A stretch of DNA of 64,000 bases from Anthoceros angustus (taxonomy: Eukaryota; Plantae; Anthocerotophyta): assembly GCA_010909165.1 (NCBI GenBank), contig MU008204.1, positions 79,810 to 143,809 of the forward strand. Reading direction: 5' to 3'. The translations under genes were made by a program, and so were the position numbers. Below, one piece after another: positions 40,891-52,386 of the stretch (within the stretch, counting starts at the first letter, position 1; the number at the start of each line of letters is the position of its first letter). Under the pieces are notes generated by a model. That model was given only the letters and a program-made list of their open reading frames with translations, did no database searches and was not told the origin of the DNA.

Positions 40891-42699
40891 AATCAATTCC
40901 CTAGCCTGCTCCGGATAGGGCTCCCCTTCCTGCCTTCCCCCTACGTCGCAGCTCACAATACTAGGCATATGGTTCACACAGGGGCACCGAGTGCCTTCAG
41001 CGCAAAGCAGGATGGTGAAAGGGCTCGCAGGTGTGAAGATGGCAAGTTATGCTCTCATCTAAGATGTGCCGCAGCAACTTGGGTACCTGGTTTTGAAATT
41101 CCTGCTTATTTCAAACTTTGAAATTTGAACAATTTCAAACTTGAGTGTGACAAAGACGCACTTTTAGTGTTCCTTGTTCACTTGACGGGATGGTTTGAAA
41201 TTCAAATGAACTTGGGTTGTGTGTCTTGTGCTCACTTTTTGAATCCAGAGTTCACTTGTCCATCCATGATCAAACAATTAAATACCATATGCATAGATCA
41301 TATCCTTTAACTCTGAGCATTTTAGTGTAGACTTGTTGCCTTGCTCTTAGTTATGGGAAAAAAAATTGAATCACTTCGATAATTATTTTAGCAGGAAGAA
41401 TTTTTGGAAGGTAAATATGTCCACATGTGGACATAAATACGCGTTGCATCCATCCCCACATGATGTGGTCTACCTAACCGTGCTTGCACCCCCTACTCCG
41501 CCTTCAACGGGAAAAAACAAAAGGATGCAGAGATGTTTGTGTCCAAGGCTAATTTCAATGGTGAAGGTACTGATTCAGCTGTTTTAGGGCATCCTATAGG
41601 GAACGGCAGCACAATGGTACCGAACAAAGTATAAGCCCTCTGCAAACGCGCCACCAGCCTCCTTTCAGGGGCTGAGGGATGCTTTTTTGGAACGCTTTCG
41701 AGGTATCGACCACGAGGGATATGTGCCGTCCCAACTTAAGAATCCGAGGAGGGGAAGAATTGAAAGTTGGATCCTATATCGAGCGGTTCTATGGCTTGAA
41801 GGAGCGGCACCCGACCCCTATCGCCATACAGCAGTGCGGTGGTTTGCGACCGGGCTGGGTAAACCATGGCACACCATGTGTTGTTGCTGGCGGAGAGGGA
41901 CATGGACAAGGCTACTAAGGCAGCAGAGAACTATGAGGAGTTGCTGCACTAGCAGAAACGGGAGTCGACAGTAAGAAGAAGAGGAAAGGGAAAAAGAAGC
42001 AGGGGGAGGATTTGGAGGAAGAAAGCTCCTCTGAGGAAGACGAGGAGGAATCGTCATCCTCATGTAAAGAGGAGGAGAGTTCTTCGGAGGAGGATTCTGG
42101 CACACACCGTTATATGCCCGTTTTGTGCAATTAAGATAGAAATAGCACCGGGAGGAGGTGGGTAACAAGTTATTACAAGACGACTGGTTTTAGGAGGCAT
42201 GATCCTATGTTTTGTATAAGGTACCCAAAAACTACATAATTCAGTGGTAGGGAGAGATTGAATAGTGCCACACGCTCTTTAGCACTTGGCATGTTGTGAT
42301 TGGTTGTGCCGTAGGGGAGTGGAGCAGACCTAGGGGGTGTTTGCGCGTTACTCCAAGGACCTAAGTGCCGCTTTCCATGCGGCCAAAACAAAACCAAAAC
42401 TACTAAAAACAGTGTATTCTGCTTTTGATGGGAGGAAAGATTCCCAATTTCGTTTTGGCCCTCCCCTCCCCTCCTTCGCGCTTTTCGCGCCAACATTTGG
42501 TGCCGTTACGAGCTATCGGCAGTGCTCTTCACCAGCACATCCCGTCACTTTGTGGAGAGACCACATTATTTCTTCTTTGTCGTAGAGATTGTCGCTCACT
42601 GAGACTATCACGCGGCACACCAGAGCCAGAGAATCAGCAATAGCATTCAGTCAGCCCTTGGTTCCCAATTCTCAGCAACCTTCTATTCAATCGCAACAA

Positions 42700-43610
42700 T
42701 TTTTTATGCCTTCCTCTCAGCAACATCATGCTGAGAGGTCTCCATTGCCTTCTCTAGTTCCACATAGACCTCCTCCTCCCTTGCACCATGGCCTCCACCT
42801 TCACCAATGCGAATGTCCTGGAAAAACAACGATCGTCTTGTGCTTCAGGCAGCTGTTAGAATCGAAGAGGAGAAATGGGCATTTGGTGGCGTATAGGAGA
42901 AGATGAAGTCCATAGCGGTGAGGTGGGATGCGTGGCTTGTTGTGAAGCATGGCACCAATGCTTCCGACCCGTTGAGATCCAAGTGGGAGGTGTTACAGCA
43001 ACAATGGAAGAAGGTTTTTTACTATAGTCGGCATGGAATGCGAAGTGGTCACCCGGACTCTTGGAGAATGACTTCATCAGACAAGAAAGATAAAAAACTG
43101 CCTGTGGACTTCAACCAGGAATTGTATGAAACCATTGCGGCCTGGATGGTGGTTGTGAACTCGGTTGACCCTCCGGATGATATGATTATCGACTCCAATT
43201 CTTTGTAGACTCGGTACTTCAAGTTGCGCCGATACCTCTGATCGGCTCCCATTCTCAACGGATGTTGCAAGTGAGCCCACGGAGGAGGCATCGGAAGATC
43301 CAGGATCCCCAACAATGGACAACGGAGAGGATCAAGCGCAGAAAATTAAAGGAGAAGGCCATTGATGCCACACTATCCTCAATGACTCAATCATTTGTCC
43401 AAGCTCTCGGTGGTGTTGAAGACAAGAGAGGCATGCGTCATATTAAGAGCATGCGGTTTGTGAAGGAAGCATGAAGAGTTGTTGCGGTAACAAAGACATG
43501 GTTCACGTGATGAACAATATGGTGCAAGCTAACGAGAGATTGGGCTTGGTTTTGTTGCAGCTCTAGGAAAAAATTGGAGCGGCCTTCTCAAGCTTGGTGA
43601 TAAAGCTGTG
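42700..43610 (+). pseudogene. Duplicated trihelix (Myb/SANT) ORF of the Harbinger element, more degraded copy
   Basis: RSKWEVLQQQWKKVFYYSR...LPVDFNQELYETI. Confidence 0.75.
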
Positions 43611-45229
43611 ATATGTTGGTTGTAGGGTATCGTACTTGATTTCATATGAACTTGGAGACTCGATGAATCAAGTTATAGAATCAGACTCGTTGAATCCAGC
43701 CATGTATACTTGGTGGAAAGCTCTCATCGAGAGCTACACACCGGTATCAACTTTCATGTAATAGCAAACCTTTAGAAATCCGTATCTCCCTCGGATGAAG
43801 CGAATTCAAATGAACTTGGGTTGTGTGTCTTGTGCTCACTTTTTGAATCCAGAGTTCACTTGTCCATCCATGATCAAACAATTAAATACCATATGCATAG
43901 ATCATATCCTTTAACTCTGAGCATTTTAGTGTAGACTTGTTGCCTTGCTCTTAGTTATGGGAAAAAAAATTGAATCACTTCGATAATTATTTTAGCAGGA
44001 AGAATTTTTGGAAGGTAAATATGTCCACATGTGGACATAAATACGCGTTGCATCCATCCCCACATGATGTGGTCTACCTAACCGTGATTGCACCCCCTAC
44101 TCCGCCTTCAACGGGAAAAAACAAAAGGATGCGAGATGTTTTGTGTGTCCAAGGCTAATTTCAATGGTGAAAGTCTTGATTCAATTTGTTTTAGGGCATC
44201 CTATAGGGAACGGCAGCACAATGGTACCGAACAAAGTATAAGCCCTCTGCAAACGCGCCACCAGCCTCCTTTATGAGGGATGCTTTGGGCAGCTTTCAGG
44301 TATCGACCACGAGGGATATGTGCCGTCCCAACTTAAGAATCCGAGGAGGGGAAGAATTGAAAGTTGGATCCTATATCGAGCGGTTCTATGGCTTGAAGGA
44401 GCGGCACCCGACCCCTATCGCCATGACGGTGTGGTTTCTGACAAACCATGGCACACCATGTGTTCTTGGCGGAGAGGACATGGACAAAACTACTAAGGCG
44501 TGAGAGAACTATGAGGAGTTGCACTAGCGGCAAGTCGGCAGTGAAGAAGAAGAGGAAAGGGAAAAGCGGGGAGGATTTGGAGGAAAGCTCCTCACGAGGA
44601 AGGCGAGGAGGAATCGTCATCCTCATGTAAAGAGGAGGAGAGTTCTTGGAGGAGGATTGCAGCACACTGCCGTTATATGCCCGTTTTGTGCAATTAAGAT
44701 AGAAATAGCACCGGGAGGAGGTGGGTAACAAGTTATTACAAGATGGTTTTAGGAGGCATGATCCTATGTTTTGTATAAAACCAAAAACTACATAATTCGG
44801 TGGTAGGGAGAGATTGAATAGTGCCACCGCTCTTTAGCACTTGGCATGTTGTGATTGGTTGTGCCGTAGGGAGTGGAGCGAGACCTAGGGGTGTTTCGCG
44901 TTACTCCAAGGACCTAAGTGCCGCTTTCCATGCGGCCAAAACAAAACAAAACTACTAAAAGCGATTGTATTACTTTTTGATGGGAGGAAAGATTCCCAAT
45001 TTCGTTTTGGCCTCCTCCTCCTTCGCTTTTCGGCGCCAACATTTAGTCTTGAATTCTGAGCTATGGTGCTCTTCACCGACACATCCGTCACTTTGTGGAG
45101 AGACCACATTATTTCTTCTTCGTAGAGATTGTCGCTCCTTTGAGACTATCACGCACACCGAGCTGCAGAGAATCAGCAATAGCATTGATCAGCCCTTTCT
45201 CAAGCAACCTTCTATTCAATCGCAACAAT

Positions 45230-46165
45230 TTTTATGCCTTCCTCTCAGCAACATCATGCTGAGAGGTCTCCATTGCCTTCTCTAGTTCCACATAGACCTC
45301 CTCCTCCCTTGCACCATGGCCTCCACCTTCACCAATGCGAATGTCCTGGAAAAACAACGATCGTCTTGTGCTTCAGGCAGCTGTTAGAATCGAAGAGGAG
45401 AAATGGGCATTTGGTGGCGTATAGGAGAAGATGAAGTCCGCAACGGTGAGGTGGGATGCAGTAGCTGCTTGTTGTGTGAAGCATGGCACCAATGCTTCCC
45501 CTGACCAGTGCAGATCCAAGTGGGAGGTGTTACAGCAACAATGGAAGAAGGTTTTTTACTATAGTCGGCATGGAATGCGAAGTGGTCACCCGGACTCTTG
45601 GAGAATGACTTCATCAGACAAGAAAGATAAAAAACTGCCTGTGGACTTCAACCAGGAATTGTATGAAACCATTGCGGCCTGGATGGTGGTTGTGAACTCA
45701 GCGGTTGACCCTCCAGATGATATGATTGTCGACTCCAATTCTTTGTAGACTCCAGGTACTTCAAGTTGCGCATCGATACCTACAGAGTCAGGCTCCCATT
45801 CTCAACCAGATGTTGCAAGTGAGCCCACAGAGGAGGCATCAGAAGATCCAACAGATCCCCAACAATGGACAACGGAGAGGATCAAGCGCAGAAAATTAAA
45901 GGAGAAGGCCATTGATGCCACACTATCCTCAATGACTCAATCATTTGTCCAAGCTCTCGGTGGTGTTGAAGACAAGAGAGGCATGCGTCATATTAAGAGC
46001 ATGCAGTTTGACAGAAGGAAGCATGAAGAGTTGTTGCAGTGCAACAAAGACATGGTTCACGTGATGAACAATATGGTGCAAGCTAACAGAGAGATTGGGC
46101 TTGGTTTTGTTGCAGCTCTAGGAAAAATTGGAGACGGCCTTCTCAAGCTTGGTGATAAACTGTGA
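45230..46165 (+). pseudogene. Harbinger Myb/SANT trihelix DNA-binding partner
   Basis: VRWDAVAACCVKHGTNASPDQCRSKWEVLQQQWKKV...WRMTSSDKKDKKLPVDFNQELY; two in-frame TAG codons. Confidence 0.85.
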
Positions 46166-46679
46166 TATGTTGGTTGTAGGTCAGATCACTTCATTATGAA
46201 ACTTGGAGACTCGATGAATCAAGTTATAGAATCAGACTCGTTGAATCCAGCCATGTATACTTGGTGGAAAGCTCTCATCGAGAGCTACACACCGGTATCA
46301 ACTTTCATGTAATAGCAAACCTTTAGAAATCCGTATCTCCCTCCAGATGAAACAGAATTCAAATTATGTGTACTTGTTGGAAAGACCTCGTCAAGAGCTA
46401 CATCATGGTATGACAATATATAGCATGGAAAGTGTGTGGAGTGTACTACGAATACTAGAAGATGGAGAACCCAAGTTGAAACTCATATGGAGGCAAAACT
46501 TTACAAGTGAATATCAGACCCTGGTTGAAACGAAACTGAAGCCACATAGGCTTGTTTCAAAGCCCTTTTGTGGAGCTACAGTATGGGGCTACTTGCTAGG
46601 GTCAGAGTCATGCTCCTACTGCCACAAGATAAGGGCTAGCTTGTCCCTTAAACTTTCCCTTGCAGGATCTGCAGCCCTT

Positions 46680-47938
46680 GCATTTGTAACTGTAATGTAG
46701 TCATGATCATGCTGAGGGATTGTATCTATGGCACGGTCAGCATCACTATCCTGCATATCGATGTTGATATTATGTAGTATACATTAGCAGAATGCTAGTT
46801 TGCCAACTTCCTTTGGATCTGGTGAAATTAGACATTTGTTCAAGATACGCCATGTACCTTTTAGACGTCCAAATGCCCTTTCCATCACAATCTAGCTTTA
46901 GCTATGTTTGTAGTTGAAGGACTCCTTGAACATGCTCAAGTTTTTGCCAGGGAAGGGAACAATAAGCCAAGGTAGTAATGGGAAACCAACATCACCAATT
47001 ATGTACTCCTAGATTTTGTGAGGCCCCAAAAGCATATCAAATCCATGGAGTCGCTTCTTGTCTCCTTTTAGTCAGTATAGGCTGGAATTACTGAGAACTC
47101 TGGAATCGTTTACACTTCTTGGCCAGCCAGCATAGACATCAATAAAGGCATGCTCATGTCGACAGTACCTTGAAGAGTGATGCTATAATTCTTCATGTGG
47201 TCAAAGTAGGTTGTTGAGATCACACTTGGAGGCAATTCTAGCTCAATGTGGGTGACATCAATAGCTGCTTTGCAATTTGGTAATCCACTGTGATTCCGGA
47301 AACCCATCTCCACCTCACTTGCCTCGACTCCTGTTAGCCACTTCACATGGTGGGCTGCACGAGAGGTGAGTGATTGCACAAACTTCCACACCACCTTAGA
47401 CAATGTTGACTCAGCTACACCAAACAATTCAGCAACTACTCTAAGAGAATCTCCAGTCCCCATTCTAGTGAGAACCATAGCCACCTGTTTTGCAACATGC
47501 AACTTACGGTTTGGCAAGGTAATGAGACATGGAGGAGGACGTATGGTCGAGTAAGGAGCAACAACACTACAGATGTAATTAAATGTGGTTGGGGAGACTT
47601 TGATCATCTCTCTCCATCGGTCAGGATCTCCACTTGGAACAATTGTCATGAACTTTGCCCACCAATGAAGTGACTGTGGCTCGATGTAGTACATGCCTAC
47701 CCTTCTCTGAGGCTTCCAGTATAATCGAGCTGTTGTGCATACCACCAGCCACATTGTGGTGAGGGGTGTCCTCCACATCTACCATTCTCGTGGAGAAAGG
47801 AGAACACAAATCTGCACATTTCGCAGGCAATAAGCTCGCTTGTAGATGTAGCTGCGACGCCGTATGCTGTGCGCTTGGGATTGTGGCCACAACGGCCATC
47901 ATAGCTGCGAGAATAGGGTGCCCTTGACGATCAGCCAT
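46680..47938 (-). pseudogene. Harbinger DDE transposase (HARBI1/DDE_Tnp_4-like)
   Basis: AELFGVAESTLSKVV, LPNCKAAIDVTHI, GWPGSVNDSRV, IIGDVGFPLLPWLIVPF, MERAFGRLKGTWRIL; four in-frame stops plus frameshifts. Confidence 0.9.
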
Positions 47939-49013
47939 GATCGCGCTAGAAGCGAAGAACCGCTTGTGAAGTGCAGCATTTCGTTTCAATGAAAGCCCTC
48001 CAAATCCGGCACTTTTTGGCCACGTGCACAGTTTTATGTGAACATGGCAAGTGCCTTAAAACTTATTTATCCAAATCCGTTGGGGTACACATGGAAAGCG
48101 ACCCTAAGCGACAACGAGACAACGAGACAACGAGAGCATAAAAAGCATGTGTCCGTCCGCGCGTAGGGTAATGTGATATTCTGTCGTATGTATTGTTTAT
48201 TGTGTACAAAAAGGTATGTACGACCTACTACCTTCCCTGGCGGACGTTAATTAGGGCCCGATTTGCTTGACGTTCACAAGGCCGTGAACATGTCTGCCTC
48301 TCATGCAGTTCAGTTCACCGTTGCGCCTCGTCTTCCTCTTCGCCTTTCTGCTTTCCCTTTCTTTAGGGTTTAAGTCCCTCACAATTGGCCAGGCCATCGG
48401 TTCCAGCACGCGGTTGCACGATGCAGATCTTCTCCTGCCATGTCGCACACTGCTGGGGTTACTTGGAGGTAATTGTTCGCAGCAGAGCTGCCAAATCGGA
48501 AAGCTAATTTGCTGATGATGTCGCCAATGGACGTGCTCAGCGCTTGCAGAAAAGCTGTTAACAGCTGTAATCATGTTCTTGCAGGTGGAATGTCACAGCT
48601 TGTAATTCCTAGCTCAAGACGAGTTGTGTACCTGTTTGTATCGATTGTGGATGCCCGGAGTCGCATCGTGTCACAGGTTGTGTATCGACTTCTGGTTCTT
48701 TTTGGTTTGTTGCACTCTCAAACCACGACCAGAGTTAGATACAAGGGTACTTTGGAGACGAGATGCCCTGTTGCATCTTCATGCAGAATGTGTGTATGGT
48801 TGGCTGATTTCGTCTGTGCTGTTGTGCAGATATATGGGCAATAGGCATCCAACCGTCTTGTTTGACAGAGGACCAGAGAAAGTGCAAGTTTGCAATATTA
48901 CAGAGTAGACAGAGGTATTGCACAGGGAAGCTATATGAGGAAGCACAGAACGGGCAATCGCAGGAGGTAAGAATATACTTGTTAGGTCTGAATGACATAT
49001 AAGTCAGGGGAGT

Positions 49014-51753
49014 ATGGAAATGGAGTGTGCGAGTGACCTTATGGTCTTGGGTAACAAGGGACCACAGGATGGGAATGAGCTCAATGAGAGTTTGAGGCAA
49101 AAATTGGCCAACATTGACTGGGATGGCCCAGGATATAGGGATAGTATGACAATCTTTCTGCAAGTGTTGGCACCTGAGCCTGCCGAAGGGACAGCTGCTG
49201 AGTTTCCGGGACAAGCTGGCATTCCAATTCCGGGCTTCGGCTATGCAGTTTGTCAAGTGTGTCAAGAGCCAGAGAGTTTTGGGGAAACTTTGCTGTGCGA
49301 TGGTTGCAGAACCAGCTTCCACATCACATGCTTGAGGCTGCAAGCTGAATACGCTTGTAAGCTTGATGAATGGTTTTGCCAATCTTGCTCTGAAAGGGGG
49401 TTTAATGAGAGCTGGCCACTGGGAATGGTGGACTTGAATTTCATGCTAAGCAGGTCATCACTGGAGGGAGGAAGGAAGGGGTGTAAGGATGTCCAGCAGG
49501 GGGGTCCTTCAGAAACTGCTGATTTGAGTAATATCACAGTGGAAGAGGCAACCTTTAAATCAGGGGATGCAGGAGTTTTGCAAATAGAAGGAAGGGGACT
49601 TAATGGTGGAAGAGGCAGCCAGACTGATAACTCTAACAGCCCAAGGCAAGTACTCACCTGCATCATTTCGTGAGGAAGTTTGCATCTGAACACAGAAAAG
49701 CACAGTTTCTCAACTCCTTCTGTGTAGGTCATAGCGCAAGGCTGAGTTATGTCAACCGTCTAGTTCCAGGCATCACTCCGAACTGACATAGTCTTAGCTC
49801 TGCATATAAGCATATCAGTATCTTGAGTAATTTGGTTCCATGGATTAAGTAGATTTGGCATGTGACCCTGTTTCAAATGTGTCTAGGAAATGTGTCATAA
49901 GTTTGACTTTGACTTGCAGGCCCAGAGCTTCTTCACAGCTATCTTCTGATGGTTCAGATAACAACAGCTTAGCAAGTAGTCAGAACAAGAATGAAAGGAA
50001 AAGATCAAGACAAGAAACTGAGACTACCTCAAAATCAATTTCAGAACCGGACATTCCAGTTGTTCGTCGGGAAGTTGAACAAAATGGAACACATGTGGAC
50101 CAGAGTATTGACCAACCACAGGATGGGAGCCGCTTTTCCTGCTCACCTGAAAGATTATTGAAATGTGCAGATGAAGCCCTGGAGCAGCTGCGGATCTACA
50201 TAGCTTCAAGGAATGGGACTCTTGATAATGGTTGGACAGCTCATGTCAGGGAGAGAAGGAGAGAGGGCAGGGCTCCAACCACCCGGACACACTACTATTC
50301 ACCTGAGAAAAAACTTTTCTACTCACGCAAGCAGGTCGCACGACACTTGGGTCTTGTTGATAGTGAGGATGATGCTGGAAGTGCAAGTGTTTGTGAAGCT
50401 GAGACCCAGGTCATACAAACCAAGTGTGATGGCAGTGCACTTTCAAGTCATGCTGTTGAAAGGCTTGCAAACGCCGTAACTGGTTCAGATGACACAACAC
50501 CATGCTGCGAGAGTGCAGCTCCATTGGTGGTTGCAGTCTCGCAGCCACCAATGGCGAAGACACCATACGATGGTGGCAAGGCTGATGCTTCGCTGACCAA
50601 GTGTAGAAGGTCTAAGCCAGCAAGGGCTGTCAACACTGGTGTGCCATGGAATGCAACAGATGCCGCCGAGTTGGAGCAGCAAGAAAGATTTCGCAGGTTG
50701 GAGGTTGCAGCCGTTGAGCAATTGCGGAGGTATGTAGCTGATAGGAATGGAGCTCTCGAAGACGGGTGGGCAGCAGACGTCACAAAACGGAAGAAGGGCA
50801 AAGGGTCAACTGTGAGGACACACTATGTGTCACCAATGGGCAAAGTATTTAAATCACGGGTACAGGTTGTTGAGTATCTTGGTCTTCCAAAGAATGTTCC
50901 AAACAGCCAGGAAATTGTTGCTGTAGGCTTCCGGACTAGCACAACAGACATTGTGAAGCCAGCTGCAAATGTGGGTGAGGTGATTGTACAATCAGCAATG
51001 GTAGACGTGGAGCTACCTGTTCATGCTCCCAAGGTCCCTGACGAATCATCTAGAGTGTGGCGGCCAACCAAGTTGCTAGAGGCAGTGTCTGCAATGGATC
51101 CATCCCAACCTCGAGAAGCTGAATCTCTTCCTGGCCAAGTCCATATACCAATGATGGTTGAGCCACACGCTCAACCCATTCTTCCTTTCCAGACTCATGC
51201 CTCCAGAGGTTCCTCAGGGAAGGGGTACTTGCAACTACTCGAGCAGAACATTGTGGACATGAGAGACCGAAGTGGTAGGCCAGGAGGAGGATTGAATCAA
51301 GATGAGTGTGGACTAGTGACAAACACAGAATATGCGGTAGACGAAAGCAGATGTATGTTGTTAAGGACAGACACTGCACACAATTCTAGTGTGGTAGAGC
51401 CCTTCATGGAACGAGTTCGAGAGGAGCAGTGTAAGGGGATATCTGACGCAGACTGTCATGATTCTGCAGAAGGTGCACCCGCAGACGAAAGAGAAGAATC
51501 TCAATGTTCAAAGTGTCAGGAGGATGCGGGTGATACTTTGACAGAGGATGATCTACTGCGGAATATCAGGGAGTTTGTGGCAGAGCAAAACGTGTTGCTT
51601 GAGAAAGAGATAGACCTCCAGATGGAGAACACGTCGAACAGCTTTGCACCACGCAAAAGGGCAAGAGTCCGATTGTGTTTGGACATCGCAAGACAACTGG
51701 GTGCTTCTGGGTTGAAGAATCTGGATATTCAGAGTCCAGACACTGGAACATGA
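49014..51753 (+). CDS. PHD finger plus tandem MBD9-type methyl-CpG-binding domain protein (about 829 aa; exons 49014-49669 and 49920-51753)
   Basis: C4HC3 PHD CQVC...LLCDGCRTSFHITCL...WFCQSC; two repeats LEQLR.Y...RNG.L..GW...HY.SP..K.F.SR.QV...LGL; phase-2 GT-AG intron. The start codon is uncertain. Confidence 0.8.
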
Positions 51754-52386
51754 TGCGCTTTGAGCTTAAGAATGTAAGGAAGTGTTCCCATCCAGAGGGT
51801 TCTCTGATCTTTTATTGCTGATCTTTTATGTGTAGTCAGCTGCTTGTAGTCTCGGTCGAGATTTGGAAGTCCAGTTATTCACGTGATGGTAGCCCTGCAG
51901 GCATGCATGCAGTCCATGTACATCGAGAGTAAGGGTTGAGGACGGACAGCGCCTGAGAAGGGGGCCACGCAGCATCCATCAGAAGGAGCAAAAAAGTTGG
52001 AGTTCCGTTCCGGCGTGGAGTCGGACATCACCTCCTGATGACCAGACTTGCTTTGCGTAACAGTGATGGAGAAGCGAAAGTGGTGGTTGGTAGACAAGAA
52101 AAAAGCAGTCCACTTCGAATGCGGACCCATTGCAGTTTTTCTCCCCTCCTTGAGCATGAGCAATTCTGGTGGGAGAGGGAGATGTCGTGGTCGTCGGGGG
52201 TCCAGGGGCAGGCAGCGGTCATAGCTTTCAGAAATGCGACATGAAGTCCGGTGCTGAGTAAGTTGGAAAACTCATCCCTCAACCATTCCAGCATTGTGTA
52301 GTCCTCCCTGCAGACTGTACTGTTTCCTGCGCCGTGCTCTTTGTCATCCGTGTGAGCAAAATGTATACTCCCGATCCTGCACCTTC

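Larger units (their letters stand above)
41199..46364. repeat. Tandem duplication 3 (about 2.6-kb unit: 41199-43802 and 43803-46364)
   Basis: Near-identical copies; 9-nt junction microhomology AATTCAAAT seen at 41199, 43803 and 46356. Confidence 0.9.
44918..48104. mobile_element. PIF/Harbinger DNA transposon (decayed autonomous type)
   Basis: Left TIR GTGCCGCTTTCCATG and right TIR (inward) GGGTCGCTTTCCATG match at 13/15; TAA on both flanks (44915-44917, 48105-48107); convergent trihelix and DDE ORFs. Confidence 0.85.

Noticed and set aside
46680-47938. Domesticated Harbinger gene (ALP1/HDP1-like)
   Set aside because: It retains TIRs and a TSD and carries multiple stops, so it is a decayed transposon.
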